Positions 24,001 through 32,796 of a stretch of 64,000 nt of DNA are shown here, in pieces. Below the pieces are notes generated by a model. That model did not search any database. It saw nothing but the letters and a program-made list of their open reading frames with translations, and was not told the DNA's origin. The stretch is from Aquabacterium sp. (GTDB lineage Bacteria; Pseudomonadota; Gammaproteobacteria; Burkholderiales; Burkholderiaceae_C). Both the position numbers and the translations under genes were made by a program. The stretch's first letter is position 1. Each line of letters opens with the position of its first letter. Location: assembly GCA_049840915.1 (NCBI GenBank), contig JASGJC010000059.1, forward strand, positions 32,195-96,194, given 5' to 3'.

Positions 24001-24493
24001 TTTCCGACGGCGAGGGTTCGGTGGGTTGCGGGTAGTAAAGCGCGAAAGTGCCCAGCAGCGCACCTTTGGACGATCGGATCGGCGTTGACCAACAAGCCCG
24101 CAAGCCATGGGAAAGCGCGAGATCACGGAACGCGGCCCACCGATCATCCGTCGCGATGTCGAATGCCAAGACGGTGCTTTGCAGGTAGGCCGCGGTGCCA
24201 CAAGCGCCCACGCCGGGTCCGATCTCAAGGCCATCGACGGCCTCGTTATAGGAGGTGGGCAAGGAGGGGGCCGCGCCATGCAGCAAGCGTCGTCCGCCCT
24301 TGTCCAGCAGCAGCACAGACGCCTTGACGCCGCGATCGGCCGACGCCTCAATGGCACCCACCAAAGCAGCCAGCACAAGGGGCAGGCTTGCTCCACCAAC
24401 CGCCAATTCCAGCGCGCGCATCTGGCCTTTGGTCAACCTGCCATCAAGATTCGGAATACTGGCCATCGTGTGAAATAAAGGCTGTGCGGCCAT
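21034..24493 (-). pseudogene. GAF/PAS hybrid histidine kinase split by a frameshift near 22255
   Basis: 22247-24493 (GAF-PAS-GAF-PAS-GAF) stops mid-GAF; the continuation REWSELDVAL...HELRNPL...REC lies in another frame (21034-22326). Confidence 0.85.
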
Positions 24494-24651
24494 AGAGGCT
24501 GGTGCGCCAGTTTCCCCGAAAAATCAAGCATCGTTGAAAAGTCGGGAAATTGTGCGATGGGTCAGGATGCCTTCCCTCTTTTAGCCATGCCGCGTGGAAC
24601 AGGCGCGCCAATTGCTCAGCAAAGTCATTTTCACCACATTGATGGAACCAG

Positions 24652-26481
24652 ATGTCTGCTTTCAAGGCTGTCGCGCCCTCTGCGCCAGCAGCTGTCAAAT
24701 CACCATCGTCGCTCCCGCAGCCCCTGCAGCGCAAAAAAGTGAAAGCGCTCCGCAAACGTCGGCCGCCCAGCCTTTCCATGGCCGCATGGCACCAGTTCAT
24801 CGAAGTGGCCAAACCATACTGGACTGGCGATCGCCGACGCACGGCCTGGGTGCTGTTGGCCTTATTGATTGTCTTGATGCTGGCCGAAACCCAGCTGGCG
24901 GTTTTGCTCAACGAGAAGACAGGCGATTTGACGTCGGCGCTGGCTGACAAGGCTCGGAGCCGCTTTTGGGCGGCAGTGAGGGCGAGCTTGCTGGTGCTGG
25001 CCTTCGCCGTCCCTGTCTACGCGTTCTATTACTACATGCGGGACGCCTTCGCCAACCATTGGCGACGCTGGCTCACTGCCCGCTTTCTGGATGGCTATTT
25101 GGGAGGCCGGCGTTACTTCCACCTCAACAACAGCGACGATATCGACAACCCCGACCAGCGCATCTGCGAGGACATCGATACCTTCACGGGCCGCTCCATC
25201 CACTTCTTGTTGATTTTCCTCGGCTCGGTCATGCAACTCGTCGCCTTCAGCGCCGTGCTGTGGTCGATATCCCCGGTGCTGGTGGCATTTTTGACGGTCT
25301 ACGCGGTGGTCGGCACTTGCGTGGCACTGGTCGTGTTCGGTACGCCGCTGATCAAGCTCAATTTCTGGCAACTGCGCCGCGAGGCCGATTTCCGCTTCGG
25401 CTTGATGCGTGTGAGAGAGAACGCCGAATCGATCGCCTTCTACCGTGGTGAAGCTCAGGAGCGCGCCCGGATCGACGGCCATTTCAGCAAGGTGTATGAA
25501 AATTTTGCAACCTTGATCCGCAAACAACGGACACTCAACCTCTTTCAGCGCGGCTTCAGCCAACTCACGCTCGTTCTTCCCAGCGTGTTGCTGGCCGACG
25601 GCGTCTTGTCAGGCAAACTGGAAGTGGGCAAAGCGGTTCAAGCGGCGGGCGCGTTCGTGGCCGTTCTCAGCGCCATTTCAATGATTGTCGACAACTTCGA
25701 AGGCTTGAGCCGCTTTGTCGCGGGCATCGACCGCCTCCATGGCCTGTCTCGGGTGCTGCTGAAACAGCCGGACAAAGAAGCGGCTCCCAGCGACAAGCAA
25801 GCCACTGAAGGCATCCGTACAGAAGTGTCTGAACACCTCGCCTTGCAATGCCTGACGGTGTGCACACCGCAGTTGGACCGGATCCTGATCAAGGATTTGA
25901 GTCTGCGGCTCGAACATGGCGACGGTCTGTTGATCACCGGCGTGAGTGGTTGCGGCAAAAGCTCTCTTCTGCGTGCGATCGCAGGCCTTTGGCCATCTGG
26001 CAGTGGCGTCGTGCAGCACCCGCCCTCAGAAAACGTTTTCTTTCTGCCTCAACGACCCTATATGCAAGCGGGTAGCCTGCGCAGCCAACTGATCTACCCC
26101 GCTACAAAGACCGCCTTGAGCGATGAAAGGCTCCTCGCCATCCTCGAAGAAGCGCAATTGCCCACGCTCGCCGCAAGAGTCGGGGGGCTGGATGCCGTGG
26201 AAGATTGGGAGAAGAGATTGTCGATGGGAGAACAGCAGCGACTGGCGTTCGCTCGTTTGCTCATTCATCAGCCGCGCATGGCCATCCTCGATGAGGCCAC
26301 CAGTGCCCTCGACAGCCGCAATGAAGCGGCCCTTTACCAACGGCTGATTGATGCCGGTACCACCTTGGTCAGCATTGCGCACAGAGTGGGTGTGCTGCGC
26401 TTTCACAGCGACGTGCTCAAACTCATGGGCAACGGAGAGTGGAAGCTGATCAAGGCGGCGGACTTCCGATTCGATGAGTGA
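24652..26481 (+). CDS. Fused ABC transporter permease/ATPase (YddA/ABCD-like)
   Basis: DNPDQRI, EADFRFGL, GVSGCGKS, LSMGEQQRL, ILDEATSALD. Confidence 0.92.
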   Translation: MSAFKAVAPSAPAAVKSPSSLPQPLQRKKVKALRKRRPPSLSMAAWHQFIEVAKPYWTGDRRRTAWVLLALLIVLMLAETQLAVLLNEKTGDLTSALADKARSRFWAAVRASLLVLAFAVPVYAFYYYMRDAFANHWRRWLTARFLDGYLGGRRYFHLNNSDDIDNPDQRICEDIDTFTGRSIHFLLIFLGSVMQLVAFSAVLWSISPVLVAFLTVYAVVGTCVALVVFGTPLIKLNFWQLRREADFRFGLMRVRENAESIAFYRGEAQERARIDGHFSKVYENFATLIRKQRTLNLFQRGFSQLTLVLPSVLLADGVLSGKLEVGKAVQAAGAFVAVLSAISMIVDNFEGLSRFVAGIDRLHGLSRVLLKQPDKEAAPSDKQATEGIRTEVSEHLALQCLTVCTPQLDRILIKDLSLRLEHGDGLLITGVSGCGKSSLLRAIAGLWPSGSGVVQHPPSENVFFLPQRPYMQAGSLRSQLIYPATKTALSDERLLAILEEAQLPTLAARVGGLDAVEDWEKRLSMGEQQRLAFARLLIHQPRMAILDEATSALDSRNEAALYQRLIDAGTTLVSIAHRVGVLRFHSDVLKLMGNGEWKLIKAADFRFDE

Positions 26482-26573
26482 GACCTCGGGCGAATGCGGA
26501 CCTACCTTCTGGGAACTGGCCCAGATTTGCAAAGCTTGGCCTTGCATGAAGCAGCTGTCTGAGAACTGTGGAC

Positions 26574-26783
26574 CTAGCGCTTGCGTTTGCGCTTCGACTT
26601 CGCCGGGATGGTCAACGCGCTGGTCCACAGGTCCACCATCTGCTTGGTGCCTTGAGCCATCAACGCATTGGCTTGGCGCTTTGATTCGGCGGTAACCCGG
26701 CTGCGGGCCGAACCGATGACGGCATTGGCACCGCTGAGCCACATGCTCATGAATGGATTCTTCTTGGTCCAAGGGTTCTTCAT
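26574..26783 (-). CDS. Small conserved-type hypothetical protein
   Basis: AGGAG RBS; MKNPWTKKNPFMSMWLSGAN. Confidence 0.7.
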   Translation of the reverse strand: MKNPWTKKNPFMSMWLSGANAVIGSARSRVTAESKRQANALMAQGTKQMVDLWTSALTIPAKSKRKRKR

Positions 26784-26846
26784 GGCGATTGCTCCTATGA
26801 GGCTTGGCGTTCCTACAAAAGCAAGCGGCAATCGTCGTGCCGGAGA

Positions 26847-26863
26847 TGGAGCGGTGATGGGAA
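26847..26863 (-). repeat. Distal att core (tRNA-Gly 3' fragment with 1-bp deletion)
   Basis: TGGAGCGGTGATGGGAA vs TGGAGCGGGTGATGGGAA at 43819-43836. Confidence 0.85.
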
Positions 26864-26920
26864 CCTGAAGATGGCCTGCAAGCCTCATGGATGCTGGGTT
26901 TCCAGCGATTCGACTGCGAA

Positions 26921-26942
26921 TTGTTCCCCCATTTGTTCCCCC
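26921..26942 (+). repeat. Integrase arm-type sites TTGTTCCCCC x2
   Basis: Copies at 26921 and 26933; same motif at 43683 and 43695 next to int. Confidence 0.8.
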
Positions 26943-27051
26943 GGCATAGACATACTGGCCACAGAACGTCCGGACTCAGGCCACCAGCAAGCGCTTCGTC
27001 TCGAATGAACAACGAAACTCGCTGGATTGAAGGCAATGCTCCACGAGCAAC

Positions 27052-28131
27052 TTACATCTCGTCGTCAGGAACTGCTCTCGCTAGATCAAGCATCCCGCAC
27101 TGCTGATAGCCAGCCAACTTTTCCAGTTGAGTCACCAAAGCCAAAGTGGCCTTTGCTGCCACAACAGTATTTGGGGCGTTCAGCACGAAGACAGCCAACT
27201 CGTCCTCGATATCGAGCAACTGCGCAATTTCTTGGCACTTCGCTTTTAACAGAGCAACACTTTCTTGGGCTATAGAAAGAACAGCGTCAGACTTGCTAGA
27301 TAAATCAGCCTTCCTAACCTTATTACTTATAAAGCAAACATTTATTGCCTTAACAGCCGCGGCTATTTCCACATGATTAGCAACATGCCGTCTAATTGCA
27401 TTAGACACATTATCACCAACAGACCTTAAGCCTTCAATCTGAATACTGCCCGGCGAAGCATAGGTGAATTTATTTATTTTTGTATCATGGATCGATGGAA
27501 TCGTACGCCCCAAGGCATCAAAAAGATTAATTCGACTAAAACCACCGGTCCATGGTGAACGCAACAATCTATGCACTTTATCCTGAATATTGGTTACAAA
27601 CCTAGGCTTCGTGCAATAGAAAAAGGCATACACACTGTCGTAGGTTCTAGCAAATCTATCCAAATCAGAGATGAACCATTCCCCATCGATAGGAACATGG
27701 TAGCGCGTAGGCGTAATCTCCTGCGTCAGAGAGATGTCTTCCGTAAGGGAAGGATCAAAAAAGGAATCCTCTGCTGGCCAATATTGCTCAAGTGCAGATA
27801 CATTTACACGCTTAAGACGTCTATGGCGCACACGCGCACCATCTTCAATTTTTGTTGTAATGTCCAAACAGTAAATTGTTGACGACGTATTTAGCAGATC
27901 TCTCAAAGAAGTTTGCTGATTCAAATACCCAGCCAAAGTTGACCGTAGCACGTAAATCACAGCCCAGCGCTCGGTATCTTTCCCATCGGTGTCACACCAC
28001 AAATAGCACCAATTGCTTCTGTTATCCCTAAAAAGCGAAAGCAGCGGCCCCTCAATGTTTATGAGATCGCAAATATAGGCGTGCTTGTCAAGCAACGACG
28101 AACGAATCGCATCACCAGCAATCGTGTTCAT
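27052..28131 (-). CDS. DUF6575-like N-terminal domain protein, AT-rich
   Basis: EGPLLSLF...YLWCD...ERW...SLRDLL pattern; C-terminal WTGGFS and YASPGSI; clearly lower GC than flanks. Confidence 0.7.
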   Translation of the reverse strand: MNTIAGDAIRSSLLDKHAYICDLINIEGPLLSLFRDNRSNWCYLWCDTDGKDTERWAVIYVLRSTLAGYLNQQTSLRDLLNTSSTIYCLDITTKIEDGARVRHRRLKRVNVSALEQYWPAEDSFFDPSLTEDISLTQEITPTRYHVPIDGEWFISDLDRFARTYDSVYAFFYCTKPRFVTNIQDKVHRLLRSPWTGGFSRINLFDALGRTIPSIHDTKINKFTYASPGSIQIEGLRSVGDNVSNAIRRHVANHVEIAAAVKAINVCFISNKVRKADLSSKSDAVLSIAQESVALLKAKCQEIAQLLDIEDELAVFVLNAPNTVVAAKATLALVTQLEKLAGYQQCGMLDLARAVPDDEM

Positions 28132-28622
28132 ACGGCCAGCCTCGCGTGTGCAAGCACTTGTTGCTCATACACGAAAGACGTGTACTCAAAGAAATCAAAA
28201 TGCCCTTCACCATTGCAACCGCCTTGCCTTCCATACTCATGGATGTCAAGTTGAACATAGTGATCCCCAACGCGCTTTAGAAAATTGGGGGCATGTTTGA
28301 TGCCTTTCGCGGCACGTTCAGTTAGCTGAGGCAATGTCTGAAACATCGACAAAGCCAACCCTGAACAGCACTTCTTAGGGGTCTCATTAACGAATCGACT
28401 GGGAGAGATCTTGCTCACCGGTAGCTTGTTTCGTGCATCGGAGAGATCAGCGAAGGCAAATCGATAAGCCACGGAGACGCTGTCAGCCGCAACACTTGGA
28501 GGGCAGGACGGCAACAATCGCAAATCTGCGTGATACCGAAATTCGACAGGCGCCTTTACCGGCGCAGCGGCTTCGGTAGGTTGCTGCGTAACATCACCAT
28601 CTTCTGCCGCCTTCATTCTCAC
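28128..28622 (-). CDS. Hypothetical protein, possible ADP-ribosyltransferase-like fold
   Basis: CPP, AYRF, LALSMF, GHFDFFEY; stop overlaps start of the DUF6575-like gene. Confidence 0.6.
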   Translation of the reverse strand: MRMKAAEDGDVTQQPTEAAAPVKAPVEFRYHADLRLLPSCPPSVAADSVSVAYRFAFADLSDARNKLPVSKISPSRFVNETPKKCCSGLALSMFQTLPQLTERAAKGIKHAPNFLKRVGDHYVQLDIHEYGRQGGCNGEGHFDFFEYTSFVYEQQVLAHARLAV

Positions 28623-28871
28623 CCCCCGTTATACGTTGTCTTGTCCCGGCGGAATTTACGTCGAAACGCATCCTTACACACCTTAAAAAAATCAAAATCA
28701 CGCTGAAACACCACACCTAACCACCTAACCTAGGGGTAGCCATGAGCCCCTGCATCCCTTCAACAAGGTGCGTTTGTTCCATGTGTGTCAATCCTCAGCC
28801 GTAACGCTTGCTGCGCGTCTGAAAAGATCTGACCAGACAGCGACACAGCACTCAAGTTGTTCGAATTGCGC

Positions 28872-28982
28872 CTAACGAACTGTAGGTTGATGCTGCGAGG
28901 AAGCATGGCTGAGCCTAACAGCCAGAGTAGCTGGCTCAGGTGCCAGCAGACGAACCGCGTGTTCCAGTCGTTCAAGGATCCT
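28872..28982 (-). pseudogene. Degenerate small-ORF copy 1 (ILERLEHAVRLL...TLAVRLS)
   Basis: Paralogous to 31593-31685 with synonymous third-position changes. Confidence 0.55.
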
Positions 28983-29024
28983 TATGCTGGCCTCCGACAA
29001 TAGAGCCCTCACAGAGGAGGACGT

Positions 29025-29711
29025 ATGCGCACATGGCAATGGGGATTGATCGCTTGGATCGTGGGGAGCCTGCTGGCCCTGCTCTTCGCCCTTGTGCATC
29101 CAGGTGAAGGGTGGGCGGCATTTGACCGCATCGTGCAGGTTGTATCTGCTGGCAGCACGACTGCCGCCGTAGTGGTTGCCCTTCGATTGGCCCGTCAGCA
29201 AGTCCAGCTAGCCGAGCAACGGGATAGCGATCGCGCTGAATTGGTTGCTGCGGGGCTTGCCCCCATCCTCGCGGGGCTAGAGACTGACATTGAAAGGCTT
29301 AGCGTCGCGCTTGCCCACCGCCCAGACGTCATTGGGCACGAAGACTTGGAAGACCTCCGTGGCATTCACGTGCGGCTTCGCTACAGGATCAATTCTTTCA
29401 TGCTGCACAAGGGTTTGAATATCGGCCAAGACACTTTTATCGGCTTGATGCCTCTTCCAAACAAGGCTGCATCTAGGATGCACGCCGTCTGTGCAATGGC
29501 CAAATCACTACACGACATTACGGGGGAAACATCAAACCCAATATGGGGTGATGTGTCCCAAAGCATGGCTAGGGATCATTGGCTCGATGACTGGTATGAC
29601 AGCGTTGAATGGATGAAGGGCCAACTGGACATTGCCTTGCCCGAAATCTCGAAGGCAGCAGCACTGGGCGCGCATCTCCCTCAAAAATATATTCACATCG
29701 AAGAGCTGTAA
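29025..29711 (+). CDS. Hypothetical membrane-anchored protein
   Basis: GAGGAGG RBS, two N-terminal TM segments, helical remainder. Confidence 0.75.
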   Translation: MRTWQWGLIAWIVGSLLALLFALVHPGEGWAAFDRIVQVVSAGSTTAAVVVALRLARQQVQLAEQRDSDRAELVAAGLAPILAGLETDIERLSVALAHRPDVIGHEDLEDLRGIHVRLRYRINSFMLHKGLNIGQDTFIGLMPLPNKAASRMHAVCAMAKSLHDITGETSNPIWGDVSQSMARDHWLDDWYDSVEWMKGQLDIALPEISKAAALGAHLPQKYIHIEEL

Positions 29712-29844
29712 ATCTCTGCCCCAATGCCCCTTCTCATCCTCGCTAGTCCCGACTAAGGGGCGGCTTAGCGAGTGCGCTTTCGTTTGGACTTGGCTGGCAC
29801 GGTCAATGCGCTGGCCCACAGGTCAATCCGAAGAGCCGTTGAAT

Positions 29845-30456
29845 CTAGCGCTTGTCTCTTTGTGCTAAGACCGAGATGGATGCGGACCTATTGCGAGCGC
29901 GACCTTCCGCGGTATCTGGGTGCCGCGCTGGGGCTGTCTTGACCGATACATATACCGTGGGCGAAAGGCCTGCAGCCGTGAGGTAGTCCGCCACGAACTG
30001 TGCGCGCATCCTTGCAAGATCAACGCTCTTGAGATCGGCTTCGTTTGGATCGGTGTACCCGGTCACCTCAACGGCTATAACTTCGTATGTCTTGCTCATC
30101 ACCATGAGCAACTCGTTGAGTTTCTGGAAGGCTATGTCGTCGGCCGGATAGCTTTCCAAAGAATAGAAGAAGACGTCAGCTTCGAAGCTGACCTTCTGAG
30201 AGATCGCGCCCTCCTTGTGCTGTTGAAGCTGCAATGCGGGAGGAGAAGGCGGGGGAAGACTGTTGAGCTTGTTCAGCGCATAGACCGCAACATTGGCCTC
30301 GCATCTCATAGTGGCTTCATGAAGTTCCTTCGGCTTCGTAAGGCGCTCTATATCGTCGCTTGAACAACGATCAGTAGCTATTCGAGGCTGAACGTGCTGG
30401 CACCCGGAGATGGTCATCAGGCTGGATAACGCTATTGCCACTAAGGCTTGTCTCAT
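29845..30456 (-). CDS. OmpA-C-domain lipoprotein
   Basis: Lipobox ISGC; GYTD...LARMRAQFVADYL...EGRARNR. Confidence 0.8.
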   Translation of the reverse strand: MRQALVAIALSSLMTISGCQHVQPRIATDRCSSDDIERLTKPKELHEATMRCEANVAVYALNKLNSLPPPSPPALQLQQHKEGAISQKVSFEADVFFYSLESYPADDIAFQKLNELLMVMSKTYEVIAVEVTGYTDPNEADLKSVDLARMRAQFVADYLTAAGLSPTVYVSVKTAPARHPDTAEGRARNRSASISVLAQRDKR

Positions 30457-30579
30457 GATCGTGGATGGCTGGGTAGTTTGACGATGAAAGCCTATTGAGG
30501 GCAGTGCCGTGATACGTGTTCACACAATGGCGGCTTTGGCTGGTGGCTCTTAACCATACACATAGCCCAGGCGGAAAGA

Positions 30580-31506
30580 TCAGATAGGTTTGTCGAGCTC
30601 CGGCATGGGCTTGGGCGGATCGATTCCATAGGCTTTATTTAATGCAGCCCAAGCCCGGAGCTCCATGTCCTTTAGCTGCACCATGAACTCGTCGTCGTCT
30701 CGAGGTAAGTTCAATTCTCCCCGAAGCGCACTCACCAGCTTGACCAGCGCACGCTGGACGGAACGAAGTCTGCCAAAGGTCGCGCTGAAGACTTCCATCC
30801 GTATCGGAGTGATCTCGGCCATGGCTCGCTGTTGAGCGAGTTCAAGCGCTTTGACTTGCTCATTCGCGCTAACCACCAAGCTGCCCAATTTTTCCTCCTC
30901 TTCCTGCCCCGCATTTCTGGCCTTGGCGTCGGTGAGCAGAGAAAGAAGGCGTCGCCTCTCATTCTCTGCAAATGCGATGTCTTCACGCCGCCGTCGTACC
31001 GGCTCCATGGCAATGCGAACCTTATAGGACGTGGCAAGGGCGAAAAAGAATACTTCAGCAAAGTTACTCGCAAGGTCCCGAGAAAGGTGTGCGGCCTCCG
31101 CATCAGAGACTAACCAAATCTTCGCATTGGCCTTCAGGAAAGATTGGAATTCGTCTGCATCATTGCCAGTGTTCAAAGGTCGATCTGGCAGGCCACCGAT
31201 GGCCCCCAAAAGCGCATGAGTCTCTTCTATAGCCTTCGTATAGACGTCCCGGCGAATAGCCCCCTTGCGATCCTCATCCTTCTGCTTGGCATCATGCTGT
31301 CGTTGCTGCCCGGCCTCTCTGTCGTCACGGTCGTGCTGCTTGGCTAGTAGGCGCAGACTGTTATTGCTCGACGCACGCGTCGTGAATGCAGCTACACCTG
31401 ACGCCACACCAGCACTAATTAGCCCAGACCAAATGACCCAAGGGATACCCAGCCAACTCTCCGATACGGCCTGAACTGCTTGAACTGCCTGCACCGCTGT
31501 TCCCAT
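30580..31506 (-). CDS. Hypothetical N-terminal TM, coiled-coil protein
   Basis: 308-aa ORF, TM WVIWSGLISAGVASGVAAF, helical body. Confidence 0.75.
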   Translation of the reverse strand: MGTAVQAVQAVQAVSESWLGIPWVIWSGLISAGVASGVAAFTTRASSNNSLRLLAKQHDRDDREAGQQRQHDAKQKDEDRKGAIRRDVYTKAIEETHALLGAIGGLPDRPLNTGNDADEFQSFLKANAKIWLVSDAEAAHLSRDLASNFAEVFFFALATSYKVRIAMEPVRRRREDIAFAENERRRLLSLLTDAKARNAGQEEEEKLGSLVVSANEQVKALELAQQRAMAEITPIRMEVFSATFGRLRSVQRALVKLVSALRGELNLPRDDDEFMVQLKDMELRAWAALNKAYGIDPPKPMPELDKPI

Positions 31507-31592
31507 ATATTCTCTCGCGTTGTTGTCGAGTAAGCCAAATACATCCTAGCTGTGTCTGATGCCCGTCCCCACGCATTGTTAAATCATCCAGG

Positions 31593-31685
31593 TCACCGGT
31601 AAGCTTGGTTGAGCCTAACAGCCAGAGTGCCGTGCATGGACACCAGCAGCCGGACAGCGTTCTCAAGTCGTTCAAGGACGATCAT
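31593..31685 (-). pseudogene. Degenerate small-ORF copy 2 (MIVLERLENAVRLLVSMHGTLAVRLNQAYR)
   Basis: Paralog of 28872-28982. Confidence 0.55.
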
Positions 31686-31864
31686 GCGGCGCACTGTAGC
31701 AGTCAAGGCGCAGTTTGACCTACTGCATATCACAATGGATAAAGCGTTCGCGCCCAATCCTAACTATCCAATTCGGGTGCATTTGACATGTTCCGCCATG
31801 GGGTTGGCTTAGCGTTCAAGGGGGCCTAGACTGCTGACCTTCATATCCTTCAGGGAGTATCGTC

Positions 31865-32146
31865 ATGTCCATGCGCACCATTTCCATCGCTCTGCTGTTT
31901 GCAATGGCCTCGGCTTCAGTATTGGCCAAAGGTGGCCATCATTCAGTCGCTATTGGCCCTGGCACAGGTTCCACGTCGTCATCGCATCACGTCAATGGCT
32001 ATGTGAAGAAGGATGGCACCTATATCGCGCCGCATCAACAGTCCAATGCCGACAAGGACTTCAACAACAACTGGTCGACCAAGGGCAACGAAAATCCGAC
32101 CACCGGCAAGGATGGCACTCGAGTGACTGAGCCTGGCAAAAACTAG
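31865..32146 (+). CDS. Small secreted protein (VxGYxKKDGTY...NWSTKGN type)
   Basis: GGGAG RBS, signal peptide, recurrent phage-cargo motif. Confidence 0.8.
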   Translation: MSMRTISIALLFAMASASVLAKGGHHSVAIGPGTGSTSSSHHVNGYVKKDGTYIAPHQQSNADKDFNNNWSTKGNENPTTGKDGTRVTEPGKN

Positions 32147-32154
32147 GCGTGTGA

Positions 32155-32469
32155 GTGCCCATGATTAGATTGCAGGTCCTATTCGTCCCGTTTTGGACGC
32201 TGAGCCTCTCGGCCTTTGCCCATCCAGGCGGACTGAATGGTGAAGGCTGTCACCACAATCGCAAGACCGGGGACTACCACTGCCATCGAGCAGGTGGCGG
32301 CGTTACTGCAGCAACTCAAGATTCAGCGCAACCAGCTTATGCGGTTCAGCCAAACGCCCAGAACCAGCAATCAGCGCAACGTAATCTTCCACCGGGTTGC
32401 TTTGTTGGCCCGCGCGGAGGCACCTACACCATCACAAAGAGCGGGAGGAAGAACTATGGAGGGTGCTAA
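32155..32469 (+). CDS. YHYH-motif secreted protein with basic GPRGG tail
   Basis: AFA|HPGGLNGEGCHHNRKTGDYHCH; CFVGPRGGTYTITKSGRKNY. Confidence 0.8.
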   Translation: MPMIRLQVLFVPFWTLSLSAFAHPGGLNGEGCHHNRKTGDYHCHRAGGGVTAATQDSAQPAYAVQPNAQNQQSAQRNLPPGCFVGPRGGTYTITKSGRKNYGGC

Positions 32470-32713
32470 GCCGTGCCGGCTATTGATCTTGGTCATTGGC
32501 ACATTGCTGACCGCCTGTTCCGATGAAGACGCCTTCACCCTGTATCGCAGCAGCGTCACAGACGCAAACATGCGTATTCACGTGGCGTCCTTCGACAGCT
32601 CCGATGGCGCTGCCTACAACCGTGAGAACTGCGAACTTGCCCAGTCCTTGTTTCAAGCTCAGCCAGACATAGTGACGAAGTTCTGGTGTGAGAAAGGCCG
32701 GTTTCGTCGATAG
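32456..32713 (+). CDS. Small lipoprotein
   Basis: GGGAGG RBS, lipobox LTAC, C...C pair. Confidence 0.7.
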   Translation: MEGAKPCRLLILVIGTLLTACSDEDAFTLYRSSVTDANMRIHVASFDSSDGAAYNRENCELAQSLFQAQPDIVTKFWCEKGRFRR

Positions 32714-32796
32714 AAAAGCGATTTTCAATGAGCCCAGCCGAAGAAACTTACCATCGCTGGCTCGGCGTGAATGTCTTCGACAATTGGCTCAAGGGC

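Noticed and set aside
28910-31678. GCCTAAC-starting repeats as integron attC sites
   Set aside because: No matching GTTRRRY end or full-length dyad, no IntI, and differences between copies are synonymous codon changes, which favours a coding origin
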